Shown: piece after piece, positions 24,885 through 37,071 of the stretch | How the letters are laid out: each line of letters begins with the position of its first letter | Position numbering within the stretch: position 1 is the first letter of the stretch | From: Eledone cirrhosa | Lineage: Eukaryota | DNA: 64,000 nt | NCBI GenBank assembly: GCA_964016885.1 | Contig: OZ024741.1 | Location: forward strand, 338,520,001 to 338,584,000 | Direction of reading: 5' to 3' | The notes under the pieces: model-generated | The model's database searches: none | Seen by the model: only the letters and a program-made list of their open reading frames with translations | Told to the model about the DNA's origin: nothing | Made by a program: the position numbers and the translations under genes

Positions 24885-25482
24885 TATGAAGTACGTGTAT
24901 GTGTATGGAAGTATCGGAGTTTGTAAAACAAGATTGCAAGAGTGAAAACAGTATGAAAAAGTAAAGACTACTATCAATATAAAATCAGGTGAATGGGTCT
25001 TTAAAAAAGAACAATAGTTGTCAATATAACAAATACAAATTTGGTATTGAGTCTGTCAAAATAGGTAAGAACAAGGCTATTATCACACTGCAAACATCGC
25101 TTGTATACAAGGCTTGAGCGAACCCAGTTCTCATTAATAAGAAAGGAAACGAAAAGTAAGAGGTTTAGCAATGTTGTGCAGCGTGGGGGTGTTTTGGATC
25201 GTAACATCGCTTGTGAAAAGAGAAAAACGAAGTATGGAAATTATATCCTATGAGAGGTTGCTGAATAAGGAGAATGCATTGGCGAGAAAGAGAGGTAGTA
25301 CCTTACGTAGACTTAACAGAAACGGACCAGCTATTGAGGTTGACTACTTTATGATTGAAATTACCCCCAAGGGTATGAAAATAACTGGGCTATTCGCAAA
25401 ACCAATCAGGTAATACAGGTAGGGGTGAATCCCAGTCTGACCTATCAGTATCATCAGCTACAAGAGAAAAAATGCTCTATAC

Positions 25483-25769
25483 CAGTGATTCTTAACCTGG
25501 GTACCAGTACTCCTAAGGGGCGCGACATTCAGTTCCTGAGGGTGTAGAGAAGCAAAAACAGAAGTCACATTCAAGATTAAAATATTTTGATTGGATATTT
25601 TCTGTTATGTTAAAAAATTTTAATTTGTTTCAACATAGTTATTTAGCTTGAAAAATAATTTAACCTGAAAATTCAAGTTATTTTGTCTTATGTGCTAGGC
25701 TTAGGGATGTGGGATGGAATTTCAAAATCTTAAGTGGTGCTGTGATAGAAAAAAGGTTAAGAACCACTG
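25483..25769. mobile_element. hAT (Charlie-like) MITE inside an old RTE fragment
   Basis: TIRs CAGTGATTCTTAACCT / AGGTTAAGAACCACTG; 8-bp flanks CTCTATAC / ATCTAGAA. Confidence 0.75.
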
Positions 25770-26134
25770 ATCTAGAAAGAAGCAACTGCAAAAACATTAA
25801 GCTGACACACCAAGTTATAAAAATAACAGAAAGAATTATAGCACAACTATTTAGGAAGGTGTGATGAAGTTGAGGTTGGTACCATGATGGAATACCACTA
25901 ATGCCTTCTTCCTAATGAAACAACTATAAGATACTCTTGGTAAAGAGGAAGCCACTAAGCTTTGACAGAGTATCACATTCTGTAGTGTGGTGGTTGCTAA
26001 GAAAATTAGATGTTCTAGGGGGAGCTGCAGGGTATGGATAAAGCCATAAGGATATATATATGAAACAGGTACTGGGCTACATGGTACCAGTAGCAGACAG
26101 ACATGACCTGATATACTATACTTATATCAGTTAT

Positions 26135-27045
26135 ATGTGTGAATATTTGGTTGTCTGGGGCGAAAACTGCACAGTTCATCAGCTAGCTTGGACTCGACAA
26201 TCTCCCCACATCTCTTTGACAGACACTTAGCATAGACTTTATTGTGGAGGCTTAACAAGGCAATCCCTCTATAATTGGTGTTACTTAAATCGGCAGAAGG
26301 TGATCTCCGACTTGCAGTTGATAGGTTTGATGCCGAGTGCTGCATGGCTGGAATGAAAATCAGTGCTGCGAAAACTGAGATACTTATCCTCTCAAAGAAG
26401 CCTCTGCACTCTATATGTGAATAGAGTTCCACTGTAGCAGGTGGAGAAGTTCAAGTATCTCAGGGCATGTTCACAAGTGATGGAAGGCAGGAGGCTGAAT
26501 TATGTGCAAGTATTGCAGGAACTGGTGTAGTAATGCACTTGCTTCAGTTTTCGGTCATCAGAAGGGAGGTATGCATTAAAGCCAAACTCGCTTTCTTCAA
26601 TTCGGTATTCATGCCAACCCTTACTTATAGTCATGAATCTTTGGTAATAACCGAAAGAATACAAACGATCAAAATGGGGTTCCTCAAAAGGGTCTTTGGA
26701 GTAATGTTACTTGAAAGAGTGTATAGTTCAGAGATCAAAAAATCATTCCAGGTAGAGCTGCTACTTCTCTGAATTGAGAAATCACAGCTCCAATGCTATG
26801 GGCATGTGGTTAGAATGTCTCAGGAAAGAATCGCTGGACAAATTTTATTGGCAAAACCAACTGGCAGGAAACCCAGGAGTAGACCCCAAGCAAGATGGTT
26901 GAATAACATCCATGAGTTTGGCTGGTCTTGCTTGGGGATCAAACCAGATCAGTTGGAGACAGTTGCTTCTGACAGGACCTGCTGGAAGGAGTGTTTGAAG
27001 ACTACCCCCACAACCCTCTCAGGAATAAGTGAGCGAAGATGAAGA
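26135..27045 (+). mobile_element. RTE (Expander-like) insertion with an inverted 5' segment
   Basis: 26140-26275 encodes NYRGIALLSL... on the minus strand; 26290-27040 encodes downstream RT/thumb sequence on the plus strand. Confidence 0.7.
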
Positions 27046-27826
27046 TATATATATTTATTTAAAGTTAAGAGAACCAGGGTTTTTAAATTAAATCTATCTT
27101 TGATATTTACAATTGCTTCTATGCAGGTGATAAGCTTACATGAATATGCAAACAACGAATTAATCAGTTATAACTAATTAACAATTATTTGCACAATAGA
27201 CAAATAATACAATCACTTATATATACTATCATCATCGTCGTTTAACGTCTATCATCCATGTTAGCATGGGTTAGACGGGTTTGTCCCATTTAGAGGTAAG
27301 TTGGGTCGGGTGACCATGTCTCGCTCGTATAGGACTATTTCTGGCTGGTTTTCTACAGTTGGATGCCCTTCCTAGCGCTGACCACATTTACAGTGTGTGC
27401 TGGGTGCTTTTTGCTGTGTCTTTTACATAACCAATTTGGCAGTAGCAGTAAGATAGTGTTAAGCATAATAGTGTATATGAAAGCATATACATTAAACATG
27501 GGAGCCTCGCTATCAAAGAAAAAATATTTTATTGTTATGAAAAAAGTATTTCTCTTTCTTTTGCATGTGAACATGTCATAGATATCTCAGTATCTATTGA
27601 GAATGCCAGACAGCTGTTTCAAAATTCAATAACATTCATTCAACTGGTACTGAGATGAAAATAGATTAGAGCCTATATAAACATGCAAATGTTTAGTACA
27701 CAAAATCTTAGAGCAAAAAAGAGAAAAATAATTTTTCATAAAAAAAATATTTTTTCTTTGATAGCGCAGCTCCTATATGTTTATTGCATATGAAAATATA
27801 GTATATGCATTCATATACACCCCTTG

Positions 27827-28196
27827 CGAAATTCCAATACATACCTGTAAACAATGCTCAAAGCTAAATCCTAATTCTATTCTATCATAAGCAAATGAGA
27901 TTAATCACCTCATTTACACAGACGAGAAAACTATATATTCTCGCCTATTTTCCAAGTCCAGCAGTTGCAAGGGCGGGAGGGATCGTCCTGACGAGAACTA
28001 GTTCAGTTCGAAATGCGCATCGACGATTGTCCCCCTTGCTTCTGCTGGACACTGCCAGTTGGCGATAGTCACTGGTGTTTTTGCATAGCTGCGAATTTCT
28101 AAATCTTTATTTATAAACATACCGTATTTCTTTAGAAATACGAAATTCCAATACATATCTGTATATAGCTATGCTGGAAGCTAAATCCTAATTCTA
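27827..28196 (+). mobile_element. Retrozyme-like 314-nt unit with ~55-nt terminal direct repeat
   Basis: CGAAATTCCAATACATA...AGCTAAATCCTAATTCTAT at 27827 and 28141, enclosing a canonical hammerhead. Confidence 0.75.
27982..28027 (+). ncRNA. Canonical type I hammerhead ribozyme
   Basis: ATCGTC-CTGACGA-GAACT(AGTTC)AGTTC-GAAA-TGCGCA-TC-GACGAT; all core bases intact; further pairing GTCCAGCAG..GCAAGGG / CCCTTGC..CTGCTGGAC. Confidence 0.85.
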
Positions 28197-28207
28197 TATA
28201 GATATAT

Positions 28208-28394
28208 ATCAAGAGTCAGCTAAAAAGTTCATAGGCTATGAAGGAGTGATGCTAGTGCTGTGAAATCTTGCATGCATTAATGTCAACTCTTCTTAATTGC
28301 ATTGTTTCTTTTTAGGGACTATGTTAAAAAATAAACCTCATTTGGTCATTCCATAAGAGTATCTTGGTCAGTGAATTTTTCAGCTGACCCTCAT
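28208..28394. mobile_element. Mariner-type MITE (reverse orientation)
   Basis: Reverse complement of the 23174 family; ends CAGCTGACCCTCATA. Confidence 0.7.
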
Positions 28395-28984
28395 ACATAG
28401 ACACATACATATATATGACATGACCAGGCTAAACACGTTCTAATATATATTACCTAAAAAAAAACTGAACCTCACAAAGAAGACAGAACTGTGCAACACT
28501 AAAAGTAAATATGAGAGACTGCAGGCTATAATCTTTGGCAACTAAACATAAGCAATGTAAGTTTTAAGAAGAATCTTTAGTCTTGCCTAGTATATGACGC
28601 CTTAAATGCTGGTGCCACAATAATATGCACCCTGTAAAGTGTTACTGTTGGAACCATGATAAAATACACCCAGTCCACTCTGTAAAGTGGTAGTGCTCAT
28701 GTTGCGGAAAAGAAACCCAGTACACCCTGTAAGATGGTCAGTATGACGATGACCATCCAACCATAGAAGCTATGTGAAATGTGGAACAGAGCAAGGTTGG
28801 TTGAATTAAACCATTCAGTTTCAGATCATGACAACACATCCAAGCAATGCCAACATGGAAAGTGGATGTGAATTGGTGATGGTGTTGATGAACTCTGGGC
28901 GTGGGGGCATTCAGGTAGTTTGGTCATGTAGAGCAGCTAATGAAAGGGAACAACGCTTTCATAAAAATATATATTTATTCTCTA

Positions 28985-29004
28985 TTTTTTTTTGTTTTTA
29001 ACAG
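28985..29004 (+). promoter_or_regulatory. Splice acceptor of the ZNF coding exon
   Basis: Long poly-T tract followed by AACAG, 540 nt upstream of the ATG. Confidence 0.55.
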
Positions 29005-29543
29005 ATATGATCAACGCAAGATGGAAAAGCCAATTGTCAATGCACCTGATATCATGTTTCAAAGAAAATATTTCCAAAGAAATCCTGTTGCATGGCAAAT
29101 ATTGCAGTGATTTATACAGACATTAAATAGTGCAGTGAATTATACAGACATTGCAGGGACTTACACAGATGTTGTAGTGAATTATAGTGTCATAGCAATA
29201 AATTACAGTTATTGCAGTGAATTAGTCATTGCAGTGACTGACGCAGACATTGAACACTGCATTTTAATTTCAGTACAAGCAGTGTCATACTTAGAGGATA
29301 TATGAACACATACATATAAGTATGTATACTTGTACACAGACACACACACACAAATATATATATGTATATAAATATGTAAGTTTGTATGTGCATTAATATT
29401 TGTGTGTGTATCGTTATGCATATCAACACATTTCAATAATACAGCTGAGTGTTGTTATACAACAAATGTGTAAATAATTGTTCAAATCTGGCTAATTTAA
29501 GAGACAATTTATTATAAGAATCTAAAGAACAGCCCAAACCAAG

Positions 29544-30965
29544 ATGTATACAGCACATTCAAATGTATATACTTCAGTAGGAAATCCGCAACAACAGCAG
29601 CAGCAATATGATTTCAGTGGCTGCAGTAAAATTTATGTTGAACCTCCATCAACAGGTGAAGACTCAACGAGGGCTCACAAGGCCCACCATGGCAACCATG
29701 CAGGCAATAACTCCAACAATGTAGACAGTAGCGGAAACCATAATCACAATCACCACAACCACTCACAGAGTATTTCTCCAGGTTTAGGGGCCAATTCCAG
29801 TAACAACAATAGCAGCAACACTGCAGCTTCTCCAGATGATGACCACTCAATAGCCAGTGGTAGCCATGACAATGGAAATCCCAGTCATCAGAACATCCCT
29901 GTACCAATCTCTGGCATGACAAATTATGGTGTTTATACCGGTCATAGTAGCCGCAAACCATATCGATGTGGTGTTTGTCGGAAAGGCTTCTCAGTGAAAG
30001 CTAACCTGCATAAACACGAGCTGATGCCAGATGAAGAAAAACACTTCTACTGTAGTCAGTGCCACAAAGCCTTCAGCCAGCGTGAGAAGTTGACCAACCA
30101 TATTCGTACTCACTCTGGTGTGAGGCCATTTACATGTCAGGTGTGCGGGAAATCGTTTGGTCAACGAACTCATCTGACCACACATTCCAGAATCCACAGT
30201 GGTATTCGGCCATATGCTTGCAACCAGTGTCCAAAAAGATTTAGTCAGAAAGACCACCTGGTCAACCACAGTCGCACACACAGTGGGGAGAAGCCATTTC
30301 TATGTGTAATCTGTCAGAAGTCATTTTCACAACGAGCACACCTCAAGAAACATAGTCGTGCCCACTTACAGTCTTCATCATCATCATCATCATCATCATC
30401 ACTAGGAATGGGCAATAGCTGCAGTCAAGGATGTGGCAAAGGTGTGTCAGTGGGGGAGACAGCACATCCTCATCATCACCACCACCACCATCATCACCAC
30501 CACCATCACCACCATCATGACAAACAATCACAAAATAGCTCATCACCGGCTTCTGTCGGTGGTGGTGGCAGTAGAGGCAACATCAAAGTGATGTGCAAAG
30601 CTAACACATCACCACCACCACCACCACCACCACCACCACCTCCACCACCGCCTCCTCCTCCGACATCACTTCCACCAACTCTGCCACCATCACCCTCATC
30701 ACATGCTCACCACCACCATTCTCATCAACACGGCCATCACCACCACCACCACTCTCATCACAGCCAGCAGCACCAAACAAATGTTGCCCAACAGCCTTGC
30801 ACTGAGGCCAATCTACCTACATGGCGATCAACTGCACCCAGTGCCAATTTTGGGAATTGGTCTTCAGGTACATCTGCTGCATCTGCTCTAACAACTCCTT
30901 GGACACCAGGGTGGACAGATGCACAGGTAAACCATACCTGTGGACAAGGCAGACCAAGAGAATGA
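29544..30965 (+). CDS. C2H2 zinc-finger transcription factor (4 canonical and 1 degenerate finger; poly-Q/N/S/H/P tracts)
   Basis: 473-aa open frame; fingers CSQC, CQVC, CNQC and CVIC with HxxxH and SG(V/I/E)(R/K)P(F/Y) linkers. Confidence 0.92.
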   Translation: MYTAHSNVYTSVGNPQQQQQQYDFSGCSKIYVEPPSTGEDSTRAHKAHHGNHAGNNSNNVDSSGNHNHNHHNHSQSISPGLGANSSNNNSSNTAASPDDDHSIASGSHDNGNPSHQNIPVPISGMTNYGVYTGHSSRKPYRCGVCRKGFSVKANLHKHELMPDEEKHFYCSQCHKAFSQREKLTNHIRTHSGVRPFTCQVCGKSFGQRTHLTTHSRIHSGIRPYACNQCPKRFSQKDHLVNHSRTHSGEKPFLCVICQKSFSQRAHLKKHSRAHLQSSSSSSSSSSLGMGNSCSQGCGKGVSVGETAHPHHHHHHHHHHHHHHHHDKQSQNSSSPASVGGGGSRGNIKVMCKANTSPPPPPPPPPPPPPPPPPTSLPPTLPPSPSSHAHHHHSHQHGHHHHHHSHHSQQHQTNVAQQPCTEANLPTWRSTAPSANFGNWSSGTSAASALTTPWTPGWTDAQVNHTCGQGRPRE

Positions 30966-31894
30966 CCAACTCTAGCATATAAATCTCTTACAACAGTCAA
31001 GGTGGGTGTCTTATTGCAATGTATGCTAGACACTGCATCAGCTTATATGTAACTAATGCACACTGGCCTGCATAGACACAGTTGCAATAAAACTTGCAAA
31101 TTGTTACAATTGCAAACTAAATCAGTTGCCTGCAGATATGTGTGTGATGCAGTCTATGCAAATATGCATGTCTATATCTACATGTATGTGCATGTCGTGT
31201 GTATATATATAAATGCATATTTATGTTTATATTTATATATTTGTGCTTATGTATATACATAATATATATATATGTATTCACGCACAAAATATGGTTTTGT
31301 GTAGCACAGTATGTACAGCATATATATTTGTATGAATATATATATATATATATACAAATACACGCACACACACACACACATGTGGACTTGTCCGTTAGAT
31401 GACATAAGCCAAATTTTTTTTTTCACCCCAAATGTCATTTGTATTCTTTCTGTTGTAGTACTCACCCATCCCTACCAACCAGTATCATGGAAACATTTAG
31501 CTAACTTGCAAAGAGTTGGGAAATCTGAAATTTCAAAATATCGTCACTACAATGCAGATACCTACAATAATAGTTGATGCCTATAAATGACATGCTAGCA
31601 GGGAGAACATGTGGAATAGTTAAAGTACATCTGGTGACAGGAAAAAAAAGTTGACAAAGATATCTGTAGGGAAATCAAACCATGCATCTCTTGTGTGCCA
31701 GGCAAGCACATTTAGCCTTTACGTACACTTCACCCAATTTATTCAACTATTATTTATTGTTGTAGTTATCTGCATTGTGGTGACTATATTTTCAAATTTC
31801 AATATGTATTTTCTGCAAGCCAAAAATTCCATCTTCACTTAACATTGCTATAGATCAATAGAGAAAAGATTTTTTATATAAAAACAATAATACA

Positions 31895-31909
31895 AATAAA
31901 GAAAATAAA
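31895..31909 (+). terminator. Candidate polyadenylation signals for the ZNF gene
   Basis: Two AATAAA hexamers followed by T/GT-rich sequence, ~930 nt after the stop codon. Confidence 0.4.
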
Positions 31910-32051
31910 ATTTGTGTTACTTCTAGCATTATTTTTTATTGTTCATTTCATTTCATTTCATTTTTTTTTTCTTCATTTTTGTCATTGTTATCACTCAACA
32001 GATCTTAGGTGGATCAGCAGAAATTTGTACAGACTTTTGGTTGGGATGTAA

Positions 32052-32608
32052 TCTATATATATAAAACTGAGGATGTCTGTCTGTGTGTGTGAGTTTGAAT
32101 CCCTAAAGAAGCACCCAACCGACTGTTTTCAAACTTTATACATGTAATACTTATGTTTCAGGGAGTTTTCTGAGCAAAAAAAATTTCAAATTTTCAATGC
32201 ATTAGGCGATTTAGCGATCTCTCTCTATAATTCTTAGTGTTTCTCTTTTTAGATAGATACATATATATATAACGTTGCGCCCTTATATCTGACTGTCTAC
32301 ATTACGTCACTTCCTACAATTCGCTCTGCGTCCAGAACGCGCCCTTATAATATCTGTCTGTATGTCTGGCTGTCTGCTGCCTCCGGTTAATCAGCCACCC
32401 TTGCTCAAGACAAATCTCACACTCATTCCCCAAACAGTTGGCAAGTGCACACAACTTCTTCCTCACGTTTTAAGCCACAGTGTTGCTTACTTACGTACCA
32501 CCAGACCCTTACTTCTTTGCCAGCCGTGGTTGTGGCAATACTAAGCTTAGCTAAGGCGGTTATATATTTCAATACCTTATCCTGTGCAACGCCGGGTACC
32601 ATTGCTAG
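32052..32608 (+). mobile_element. Non-autonomous Helitron
   Basis: A|TC...CTAG|T termini with GC-rich subterminal hairpin CCTGTGCAACGCCGGG. Confidence 0.75.
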
Positions 32609-32999
32609 TCATTTCTATAATTGAATTGCTCCCTATACACCATTCACCCAGAATGTCATTCTAACAGACTTCAGTAACTTCCATATAATCGCTACCTCAA
32701 TGATGCAAACCTGGACAATGCAGAACATTCTTTTGTGTGCAAACTGCCTTTTGGTCCCACCAAACAGAATGGAGAAAGCGTTACCCCCAAAGGATAGTCA
32801 TGGAGATATGTTGAAAGAGCCATTCCAATTTTTAGGATTCACTAACGTGGGTGGCTAGCTCTACCCTGAAGCGGTGAGTAGGAGGATATACAGAGACCCA
32901 GAACATCAGAAGTCTCTACTGCAACATATTGGAAAGCAGCTGATATTTTGACAGCTTGTCAGGCAATTACGCCTGGGTCTCCCACCAAATGACTAATAA

Positions 33000-33408
33000 T
33001 TGTTTCTACTTTTGGCACAAGGCCAGCAATTATCCTACTGCATTACTGGTGCTTTATTTTATCGACCCCCGTAAGGATGAAGGCAAAGTTAACCTAGGCG
33101 GGATTTGAACTCAGATCGTAAAGGGCCGTAACTTTGTTGCAGAGCATGGTGTCCGACCCTCTGCCACTGTTACAGTTGAGACAAATAACTAATAATTGTT
33201 TCTGCATTAGGCACAAGGCCAACAATTTGAGTGGAGGGGAAAGTCGATAAAATCCAACCCAGTGCGTGACTGGTACTTTATTTTATCGACCCTGTAAAGA
33301 TGAAAGGCAAAGCTAACTTCGGCGGGACTTGAACTCAGATCATAAAGGGCCGTAACTCTATACTGCAAAGCATGGTGTACGGTGTTCTAGATACTTCCAA
33401 TCCACCGT
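33000..33408 (-). mobile_element. Two adjacent Nin/Deu-domain SINEs
   Basis: B-box GGATTTGAACTC and the ATCGACCCC..AAGGATGAAAGGC domain, each present twice. Confidence 0.8.
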
Positions 33409-33433
33409 AATGTTGACAGTTGAGAGATATAAC

Positions 33434-33861
33434 TGTGGTAAATGATGTATCCTAGTTGGATTGTTTATCAATATAGACGTGAGGGAAAGTCCCTCGTTTA
33501 TTTACCATTTTTGTAAATGAGAGGATAGGTACTCCGTAGAATTATAACAAGTAAGTGGGTGTGTGTGTAAACAAGACAATAACCACAACGAGAGTTATAT
33601 TCAACAATGTAAATAATGGTGATGTTTATTTTGTTTATCATGTGTTTATTATATTACAAATGAACCAACATACCAATATTTACGTGATACAGTTGTGGTG
33701 AAGGCAGCGTATTACAATTACAAAAGCTGGGTGCTGTGGTCTGTCTATTGTTTCATGGTACAGAGGCTGTCTGCTGCTTACTTAAAAGGGTGTTCTCAAC
33801 CAGGGGGAGACAACTAGGCCTGGTCCATTATCCGACAGGGGACGTAAGGCATCTTACTACA
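33434..33861 (-). mobile_element. Solo LTR (428 bp)
   Basis: TGTGGTAA...TTACTACA inverted termini; 4-bp TSD TAAC at 33430-33433 and 33862-33865; AATAAA motifs on the minus strand. Confidence 0.7.
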
Positions 33862-33927
33862 TAACTAATTCGAACGAGGAAGTAACCTCACTTCTTGATA
33901 TTTTTAAAACGGCAACTTTTATACAAA

Positions 33928-34593
33928 ATGTGTTCTAATGCTTGGAAGGTAAGGAGAAATCTGCATCTTCTCTACGAAAACTTATCGCCACCTGATATAC
34001 AGTCTATTGTCGACAAATTTCTACCGAATGAGGAATTGGCAAGACCCACTAATGATATAGACAGATATTATTTTTTAAATGTTATGATCCATCTTACCAA
34101 AATAATCGAAGATGAAACCAAATATAATGAATTTATAGTTCATATAAAAACTAATTGCGATAAGAACGAAGTTGCAGACGAAATTAATAACTCAAATTTT
34201 AAAAGATCTATTGAAGGTTCATATTATGACCTTATAAGGGATCTAAAAAACAACTGTAAAGAAAAAAAGAAGCAATACCTGTGTGTAAATTTACTCGGAC
34301 GTATTCTATTGAACGTTTCACCCAACGGGTGGGAGTTGGCTGCTGAAAAACTGGAAATTACTAACAATGACATCCACAAAATTAGCACCTCCGTCTGCAA
34401 TAATAATCTGTTAGACATGATAAGGGTTTTTGATGTGTGGAGAAAAAGAAAAGGATACGAAAACGGGGTTATAGAACTGCTGGAGGCCCTTCACAACAGT
34501 CAATGTGTTGTTGACTGGCAAGGCGTGAAAAATGTGCTGTTCGAGAGTACAGAACAACCCCCTGAAAAGGACGCCAGTAAATTGGTGGGTTAA
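33928..34593 (+). CDS. Intronless death-fold adaptor: CARD-like N-terminus plus C-terminal Death domain
   Basis: 221-aa ORF from ATG 33928; C-terminal WELAAEKLEITNNDIHKI...RVFDVWRKRKG...ELLEALH is Death-domain-like; the CARD call for the N-terminus is weaker. Confidence 0.7.
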   Translation: MCSNAWKVRRNLHLLYENLSPPDIQSIVDKFLPNEELARPTNDIDRYYFLNVMIHLTKIIEDETKYNEFIVHIKTNCDKNEVADEINNSNFKRSIEGSYYDLIRDLKNNCKEKKKQYLCVNLLGRILLNVSPNGWELAAEKLEITNNDIHKISTSVCNNNLLDMIRVFDVWRKRKGYENGVIELLEALHNSQCVVDWQGVKNVLFESTEQPPEKDASKLVG

Positions 34594-35727
34594 CCTCCAA
34601 ATATTGCTGGTACTCATTTTCAGCTGAGTATACTGAAGAAGTGAACTTTATTTGATTATAGAAATTATATATATATATACAATTACTCCGGTATCAAGAA
34701 TCTATTTGTGTGTAGAACACAAGTCCCTTATAGTTATTACGTTTATGTGGGTTTGACTTCAATATACTTATATATTACTAGTATGTGGGTTTAATTTCCT
34801 TATACTTGTATATTAAAAAAGAGCTAAAATAATCCGTCTATTGTTAGTTTCTACACTTTGTAAAACGCACAAATAATAATTATGAGCATAAATAAGTAAT
34901 ATAATATTTCTGCTCTCTTCCCGATTGCGAATGTTCAAATTCTAAAATGCCAAGACAGACATATACATATATATATATATTTTGAGTTTATGTTGGTTGT
35001 ATACCAACACCTCAGTATGCAGGCTGGAGCACTCGACGAAGTGCGCAGGTTGGTTTGGTTACTCCGGAGTAGTGTAAAATAAAGTTAAATAAAAGTCAAA
35101 TGATTAAAATTTAGCTTCGTTTATTACTGCTATATATATATATAGAGAGAAATGGCTTCAACAGACTAAAACTGTTTCATTCGAAGGAAATCTTCATGGA
35201 AGCGTTCATGATGATTTCCTTCAGTTCTAGTCCCGTGGAAGCCATTACTATATTAAATTTGTTGTATACATTCTACTAACGTATTGAGTACCTTACTTAC
35301 TGTGGTTACCCCTGTCTCACACACACATGTATACGAAGTGGTGCTATTAAGTTAGTCATGGTCTGGACGAATACTGGCCGAAACCTATCAAAGTTATATA
35401 CACACATACACAATCCTTTCCTTGGGCTTGCTTTTCACGAGATTATTGTTTTTTTATTTTTATAATTTCCATTACCTCCGGATTATGTATATTTGATAGT
35501 TTGCTACATTTATATTTGCTGTCAGCGAGAGATAAATAACATCCGGGAAAATGGCCGTCTCGGCATTTAAGAATTTGAACATACGCTAAGGGAAGTAACT
35601 CTGAGTAAGTTATGTTGAGGTGGCGGCGACACTATTGCTGTTTCACCGCTGTTATTTTTTAACACAACACAAGAATATTTATATATTAATAAATGGAAAC
35701 TATATTTATAAAACCATAATTATTTTA

Positions 35728-37071
35728 GGCACTACAACGGAATTGGCTGTCAGAAGTGAAAGTAGAAGAATGTGACGTCAATCGTCAACCTTCGTTTATT
35801 TCCGTATCACCGCCACCACCATGTGTAAATAAATAAACTTTGAAATCACCACGTTGATGCAAAACTTGGTTTTTCACTTTGGGATAATACACGTATTTGC
35901 AACTTGAAAAATATGAATTCTACCCCAGTGTAAATGGAATTAATCAACGCCATATTTCCATCGCTACCGCTACTACAGCAGATACCATTAATTGGTTGAA
36001 AAACATGGACTACTGAATACTGAAAAGGTCTGCCCTTCATGTGGTGAACGCATGATGGAAGTAGCGAAAAAAAATGTGTCAGATGGAATTATCTGGACAT
36101 GTGGAAGGCCATGTAGAAAAATGGTGTCGATTAGAAAAGGCACATTTCTAGAAAATAGTAAATTGAAGTGTGAACAAATAATTGACATATTGTATTTTGG
36201 GGCAAAAGAAGATTTAGCCAAGGGGATTTCACAGGAATCTCGTATTGCGAATGTAGCTGTAGCAGATTGGCGAAAGTTTTGCCGTGATATTTAAGTTAAC
36301 TCCACTTACATCGATATGCTTTATTGTTATTTCCTTGGGTAAGTTAATATCTAAGCTTTTGCTTACACGTTAATTACAATTGTAACAACTAGTGTAGTTT
36401 TTAATGCACATGTTAAATAAGATTGTATATTATCGTTTTGTTTTAATTGTACCATAACTCTGGAAAATTACGTGGTTATTTGGTACTCATTGGACATCAA
36501 TACGAGAAGCAGTTATAATTATTAAACTACGGATGTTGAATTTATTTTCTTAATCCTGTATGTTATTAAAAGGTTCCCGAGTAGTACAGTAAATTAAAGC
36601 CTTTATGAACGGAACTAAAAGTATTTTTAATAAGTGTATCTCATCGTAAACGTATCTCTTAGAAATTCATAAATGGCTGTGTTAAACCCTTACACTTTAA
36701 AACAAAATTACAAACCAATTATGTGGTCATTGAAGTTGCTAGAAATAGCAGGCAAATCTTATACCCTCTACCACATTAAAAAAAGAAAGAACGAACACGG
36801 GAGTAACTCGTTAATATTTATTGAAATATTCGAAGCGTTACTGCTTCGGAATGGAAACAAATCGATTACGCTAAACGTAAATAAACATAATAAGTTGCAA
36901 ATACGTGTATTATCCCAAGTTTTGCACCAACGTGGTGATTTCAAAGTTTATTTATTTACACATGGTGGTGGTGGTGATACAGAAATAAATGAAGGTTAAC
37001 TAATGACGTCAGATTGACGTCACTTTCTTCTACTTTCACTTCTGACAGCCAATTAATTCCGTTGTAGTGCT
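35728..37071 (+). mobile_element. Merlin (IS1016/IS1595-like) DNA transposon, internally deleted
   Basis: ~175-bp TIRs starting GGCACTACAACGG; 8-bp TSD TTATTTTA; ORF 35992-36294 CPSC..DG..WTC..C..SIRKGTFLENSKL..DWRKFCRD matches the transposase N-terminus. Confidence 0.85.
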
